49,191 nt of DNA from NCBI GenBank assembly GCA_012862495.1, contig BLSG01000123.1:57508-106698 (forward strand), given 5' to 3'. The stretch's first letter is position 1, and each line of letters begins with the position of its first letter. A program made the position numbers and the translations under genes. The stretch comes from Thraustochytrium aureum. Taxonomy: Eukaryota. Under the pieces are notes generated by a model. The model worked only from the letters and a program-made list of their open reading frames with translations, had not been told where the DNA came from and did no database searches. Positions 44,912 to 49,191 of the stretch are shown here, piece by piece.

Positions 44912-45830
44912 CCGAGTGCACGCGCACCGATTGTACGGCATCGAAATGGGAACGAGGAAATCTGCTGTTGAATGGCACAGCAAGGCGCGCAGCGCGATTT
45001 GCGAATTCGCCTGGGTCGTTGCGGGTGGCGCTGCTCGAAACGCGAACACAAGCAGCATATCGACGGCGAGCAGCTACAAACGGTCTTCGCGAAGAAAGCA
45101 TTTGATGGAAAGACTTGTTGCGAGATTCAACAACGTTGGCGGCTGGGCTTGGTTTTGTTTTTCGGGCCATCGGACATGCTCTGGCTCTAGAGATGGCCTT
45201 CGGACATGCTTTTTCGATAGCAGGAGCTGTACACAGCAGGAGCTGTAGACTGCTCAGCGATTTGCTTGATGCTCCATTGTGGCTTTGGGCTGTCTTTGGC
45301 GACGACCCTAATGACTAGCCCGGCTCATCAGGCAGCATAAACCGGGACATGCTTTCGCGCGGCAGAAGCCGCGCACTTGAAGAGAACCCCAGACCGGTCC
45401 CGACGGAACCGGACTCACGACCAAAAGTCTCGATCCGATTCATCAGTAGACTTCCTGTGTGTTAGCGTCGCAAGCACGCATTGGAGCCGTCCTGCAGCAG
45501 TCGTGTGAACCAATGCAATCATCTTGATCAATCAATCAATGCACAAAAGAGAAATGCTTTCGCTCCCACATGCCTCGCTCTTCAAGTATTCCACAGCCAA
45601 CGCCAGGTCTCACCAGTCCGTCGAAAAAGAGCAAGCAACCGAGGCGCGCATCAGACGCTGGCCGCGCCGCGTTAGACCGCGCACAGCTCACGGCGGTTGG
45701 CGATGGCGCACTCGGGCCGTCTTCATTGCTCCGCGGGCGTTGAGGAGTCTCTTGAAAAACTTTCAAGAGCTGGCCTATATGCACTACCACGTCCAGGCCC
45801 CCTTCGGCGTTGGCGCCAGTGACGGAGGCC

Positions 45831-47669
45831 ATGCGCACCAGCGCTCAAGGCGCCAACGCGAGGGGCCTGTTAGAGCGCCAGCCTGCGGCGGGGCAAGCAC
45901 GGCCGCCCGTCGCCGCGCCAGGCGGCAGCGGTGGAGGATGGGGCCTTGCTAGCGCTCGCGCCACTCCCGTGGCAGACCGTTCGGCAAATGCCGGCGCCTC
46001 CGCGCAGGAACAACGCTGGGCCCCTGGCGAGCCNNNNNNNNNNNNNNNNNNNNNNNNNNNNNNNNNNNNNNNNNNNNNNNNNNNNNNNNNNNNNNNNNNN
46101 NNNNNNNNNNNNNNNNNNNNNNNNNNNNNNNNNNNNNAGAGAGGGACTGAGCAACGCACGGAGGTGGTCGCGCGTGGTGGAGGAGGCCACGCCAGAGTCG
46201 CGCAGACGACGGCGGCTCTCCAACAGCGGCAGCTCGCTGAGCAGGAGCGCCAGCGCCGGTCTGCTTCGATGCAGACCGCCGCCGCAACGCGCCAGGGATC
46301 GCGCCCCCTGCCTGCGGCCCTGCCGTCAGCGCAAGACCCGGAACACGCTCTTGCAGAAAACCAAACACCCGCGGTCACTCGCGCACGTCGCAACTCCAGG
46401 CCTGTGCCGTCGGCTGCACCCCCAAGCGATGGGGCTGGTCCACGGTCGCTCCCTGCGCCGCCGCCAATAAAAGTCGTCCCTGTGCACATTGGCTCGCAGC
46501 GCAGGGCCGACAGCACGACCTCGGCAACGAGCACGGCAAAAGGGACCTCAACGGACGCGACAACCAAGTTGAAGGACAAGGTAGCAATCCGCAAGCGGTG
46601 GAAAGAGCATATGCAGCTGCGTGCCGTGACGCCGACGTGGGTGCAGGAGCACGAGCGCGATTTGGCTCAAGCAGAGGCCTCCTCCCCGATGGACGCCAGT
46701 TTTGGGAGCTGGGGTAGCCTTTTAGGGGAGATAGAGTTTGGGGCCAACACGAAAGGGCACAGCGCCCAGCCTACAAAAGGCCACAGCGCCGCTGTGTGGT
46801 CGCCGTCCTCGGACTCGTTGATGAATGACGCGGCTCTTGGAAACGATGGAATTGATTTTATTGGCAAACATGACGGGACGAAACCTGACTTTGAGAACGT
46901 GGACGAGTCCGATGAGAGCTTGGGTGATTTCGGGAGCGACGGCGAGCTCGGTGCTGGGGACGCTCGTGGGCAGCTGCTCATGAATTTCCAGAGCATCCGC
47001 GCGATGCTTGGCGGCCAGGTTCGCGATCTCGTTGGCGTGACGCCCAGCCCGGTGGGAAGCGGCGCGACGGTCGAAGGCGTGGATACGAGCTTTTCCCCGG
47101 TTGGTTTGGGCCCGAGTAAGGACCTCTCGAGCTCTGAGATCGCTGCCCGGGCGATGGCCAAGCGCGCCCAGGCAACGGCGCACGCGTTCAAGGAATACGC
47201 GCGGGAGCTCGAGACCAAGTTGGAGCTTTCCAATGCCCAGGTTTCGCTGCTTTCCGAGCGTGTCCATGTGCTGGAGCTGCATCGTCTGCTAGTTGGGCTT
47301 GTGGCGGCGGTCGGCACGCCGCTGGCGGTGGGGTTCGGCCTGCTCCACTTCGTGGACGCGCGCGCTGTCCAAGCGCTGCCGTGGCTGGTGGCAGCCTGGG
47401 CGGCATTCCTCCTTGCAATGCTAGGCGCTCTTGCGCGCATGCTCGGTCGTCTCCGAGCGACCCTGGCGGACAAGGACAGGGCAAGAAAAACACGCCACAT
47501 CCGACGCTTGGTCCTCGACGTTGCGGAGACTCTTGACGAAGGCGCCAGCGGGGCCGGGAAGGAAATGGCGCCTCGTAGAACCAGCCCGAGGCCGAGCGCC
47601 CCGGTCGGGTCCGAGCCCGATAGCAAAGCCGTTCGTAAGCGGCGCACGGCGTCCAAGTTGAGCGTGTGA
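45831..47669 (+). CDS. Hypothetical protein: disordered N-terminus, coiled coil, two C-terminal transmembrane helices
   Basis: Long open frame after the gap 46034-46137, with coiled coil FKEYARELETKLELSNAQV followed by two hydrophobic segments. The 5' end is uncertain. Confidence 0.6.
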   Translation: MRTSAQGANARGLLERQPAAGQARPPVAAPGGSGGGWGLASARATPVADRSANAGASAQEQRWAPGEXXXXXXXXXXXXXXXXXXXXXXXXXXXXXXXXXXXXRGTEQRTEVVARGGGGHARVAQTTAALQQRQLAEQERQRRSASMQTAAATRQGSRPLPAALPSAQDPEHALAENQTPAVTRARRNSRPVPSAAPPSDGAGPRSLPAPPPIKVVPVHIGSQRRADSTTSATSTAKGTSTDATTKLKDKVAIRKRWKEHMQLRAVTPTWVQEHERDLAQAEASSPMDASFGSWGSLLGEIEFGANTKGHSAQPTKGHSAAVWSPSSDSLMNDAALGNDGIDFIGKHDGTKPDFENVDESDESLGDFGSDGELGAGDARGQLLMNFQSIRAMLGGQVRDLVGVTPSPVGSGATVEGVDTSFSPVGLGPSKDLSSSEIAARAMAKRAQATAHAFKEYARELETKLELSNAQVSLLSERVHVLELHRLLVGLVAAVGTPLAVGFGLLHFVDARAVQALPWLVAAWAAFLLAMLGALARMLGRLRATLADKDRARKTRHIRRLVLDVAETLDEGASGAGKEMAPRRTSPRPSAPVGSEPDSKAVRKRRTASKLSV

Positions 47670-47909
47670 GGCGAAACGACGTCTACCTTGGCATTAGGTA
47701 AACTCAGAAAGCCCGTGACGGTCGAGCGCTCGCGGATCGGCGGGGCGGTCGCAAACTGACGGAGGCCGAGCGCCCGCGGCTAAAGCGCAATCGAGGGCCG
47801 TTCCTGGTGTCGCGTCCCTCGGGCGCAAACGTTTGAAGTTCAAACAGAAACAGGCGCGAACTCACCAGGAGACTGACTGGTTGCACTCGTTTTTTTAGCG
47901 TTGTGACCG

Positions 47910-47941
47910 CGATCGATCGATCGATCGATCGATCGATCGAT
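47910..47941. repeat. (GATC)n tetranucleotide microsatellite, ~8 units
   Basis: Read directly between two convergent genes; a shorter degenerate tract occurs at ~32548-32569. Confidence 0.92.
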
Positions 47942-48028
47942 AGCAGGCGAATGCTGCACTGCACGCAAAGCCAACTACTACGGGCTCGACGAAAGCAAGA
48001 AAAAGCAAAGTCATCATAGTCCGTTTAC

Positions 48029-48928
48029 TTAGGCGAGGGAGAACTTCTCGGGGACCGAGACAGCCGACGCGTCGATGGACTCGCGGCGAGCGACGCCCTC
48101 AGCGAAATCCTTGATCTCCTTGATCTCGGCCGCAGAGAGAGAGATCTCCTTCTTGGCGCTCGCTTCCAGGTTCTTGCGGAAGTCCGCAAAGTACTTGGTG
48201 TACAGGGAGCCGACGGTCTTGTCCTTCGTGGCGCCCGAAGGGTTGGACAGGGCCAGCAGGGCAGCCTCGAGCGCGTTCTCCTTGAGGGACGCAACCTTGC
48301 CGTCAAGGTACGCGGCCTTGACAGAGGCAGTGGCGCGGGCCACGAGAATCTTGCGCGTCGCCTCCTCGATCTTGGTCTCGGTCTGCACAAGGGTGTCCAG
48401 GCGGCTCACAATGGCTTTCTGGATGCCGGTCTTGAGGCGGTAGTCGGCGCTCACAGACGACTGCGCCAGAAGGGCGTTTGAGCTCTCGAAGAGGCCCCTG
48501 ATGTCGTCAAAGACGGCGACCTGGCGCTGGTTGGCCTCGAGCGCAACCTTGACGGCCTCGATCTCGGCCTTCTCGAGCTCGGCGTGCTCTTTGGCGATCG
48601 CGTTGGTGCTCTCGTCGATCATCTCGGCGATCAAGGGCCCGCCGCGCGAGTAGACCGTGCCGCAGAAGAGCACCCAGAGAGCGAGCAGCTGCGACTCGGC
48701 GTCAAAGTGGTAGAGCCCGGTCAAGCTCGCCAAGCTGAACCCGCCGACCGTCAGCGGCACATACCGCGTGGGATCGGTGAGCTTGAACTTCTCCGTGATG
48801 CCCGGCGGCAGCGGCTCCTCCTCCTTCCGCGCCGGCCCTGTCGCATGCAGCTGCCTCACCTGAACGACGCTCGCGCGCGCGAGGCCAAGCCCGCGCCGCG
48901 CGCCGGAGCCAACAGCCCTGCCCAGCAT
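48029..48928 (-). CDS. ATP4: Mitochondrial ATP synthase peripheral-stalk subunit b precursor
   Basis: Arg-rich, acid-free presequence (MLGRAVGSGARRGLGLARAS...VRQLHAT), membrane region GLYHFDAESQLLALWVLFCGTVYSRGGPLIAEMID, then a long charged helix. Confidence 0.75.
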   Translation of the reverse strand: MLGRAVGSGARRGLGLARASVVQVRQLHATGPARKEEEPLPPGITEKFKLTDPTRYVPLTVGGFSLASLTGLYHFDAESQLLALWVLFCGTVYSRGGPLIAEMIDESTNAIAKEHAELEKAEIEAVKVALEANQRQVAVFDDIRGLFESSNALLAQSSVSADYRLKTGIQKAIVSRLDTLVQTETKIEEATRKILVARATASVKAAYLDGKVASLKENALEAALLALSNPSGATKDKTVGSLYTKYFADFRKNLEASAKKEISLSAAEIKEIKDFAEGVARRESIDASAVSVPEKFSLA

Positions 48929-49191
48929 TCTCGCCCGCCACCAAACAACCAACCACACCACCACTCAACCCACCGGAGCACACAAACAACCCGCCCTGCC
49001 TCGAGCCCCTGCTGGTCGCCCTGCCTTCGCCACCGCGCGCTCCCTCTCGATACGCCTCTTGCCTGCTCTGCCCGCCCGCTTGTCGTCCGTCGCCGCCGCG
49101 CGCCTCCCAAACAGACCATCGCAAATCAGGCCCAAAAGGCCCAAAAGGCCCGCTCGCCTCACACCCCGCACCGCCCTTTCGCGCTATTTCG

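Larger units (their letters stand above)
3552..46137. other. Fourteen assembly gaps (N runs)
   Basis: 3552-3825, 10070-10347, 12705-12823, 16104-16503, 17515-17835, 20507-21362, 22601-23493, 25081-25889, 27950-28701, 30151-30349, 34598-34714, 35789-36534, 40217-40870 and 46034-46137. Confidence 0.98.

Noticed and set aside
45172..45354. p53 half-sites (RRRCATGYYY)
   Set aside because: They are isolated half-sites and there is no evidence of p53 in this lineage; kept only as a generic motif.

Overview
This is GC-rich, gene-dense eukaryotic nuclear DNA from a fragmented draft scaffold with 14 N-gaps. Several short GT-AG introns (about 67-125 nt, with CTRAY branch motifs) and a nucleus-encoded mitochondrial ATP synthase subunit b show it is not prokaryotic. 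Gene content and style suggest a protist, plausibly a stramenopile such as a labyrinthulomycete; this is inference only. About 23 protein-coding genes are recognisable: an NYN nuclease, two tandem monoglyceride lipases, two AP2-domain DNA-binding proteins, an ATG22/UMF1-type MFS transporter, an XK-like membrane protein, ZSWIM7, acyl-CoA oxidase, a DUF1279 protein, MFSD5/MOT2, RINT1, a Transglut_core2 protein, ZNF622/Rei1, an ALDH, a divergent VWA8, a UBZ/UIM protein, NUDCD2, ATP synthase b and three unknowns. Seven single-base frameshifts, mostly in homopolymers, look like sequencing errors. The most notable observations are (i) 14 GTGC(ATG) motifs with strictly alternating 11/10-bp spacing (about 10.5 bp, one helical turn) directly upstream of an AP2 gene, (ii) a 92-nt intergenic fold-back built of CCCGGG units, (iii) an NYN RNase with a PROSER3-like motif, and (iv) a VWA8 whose conserved Gly-rich motif is replaced by a low-complexity linker. 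No CRISPR array, tRNA, rRNA or transposase was seen. All family assignments come from motif recognition, not database searches.
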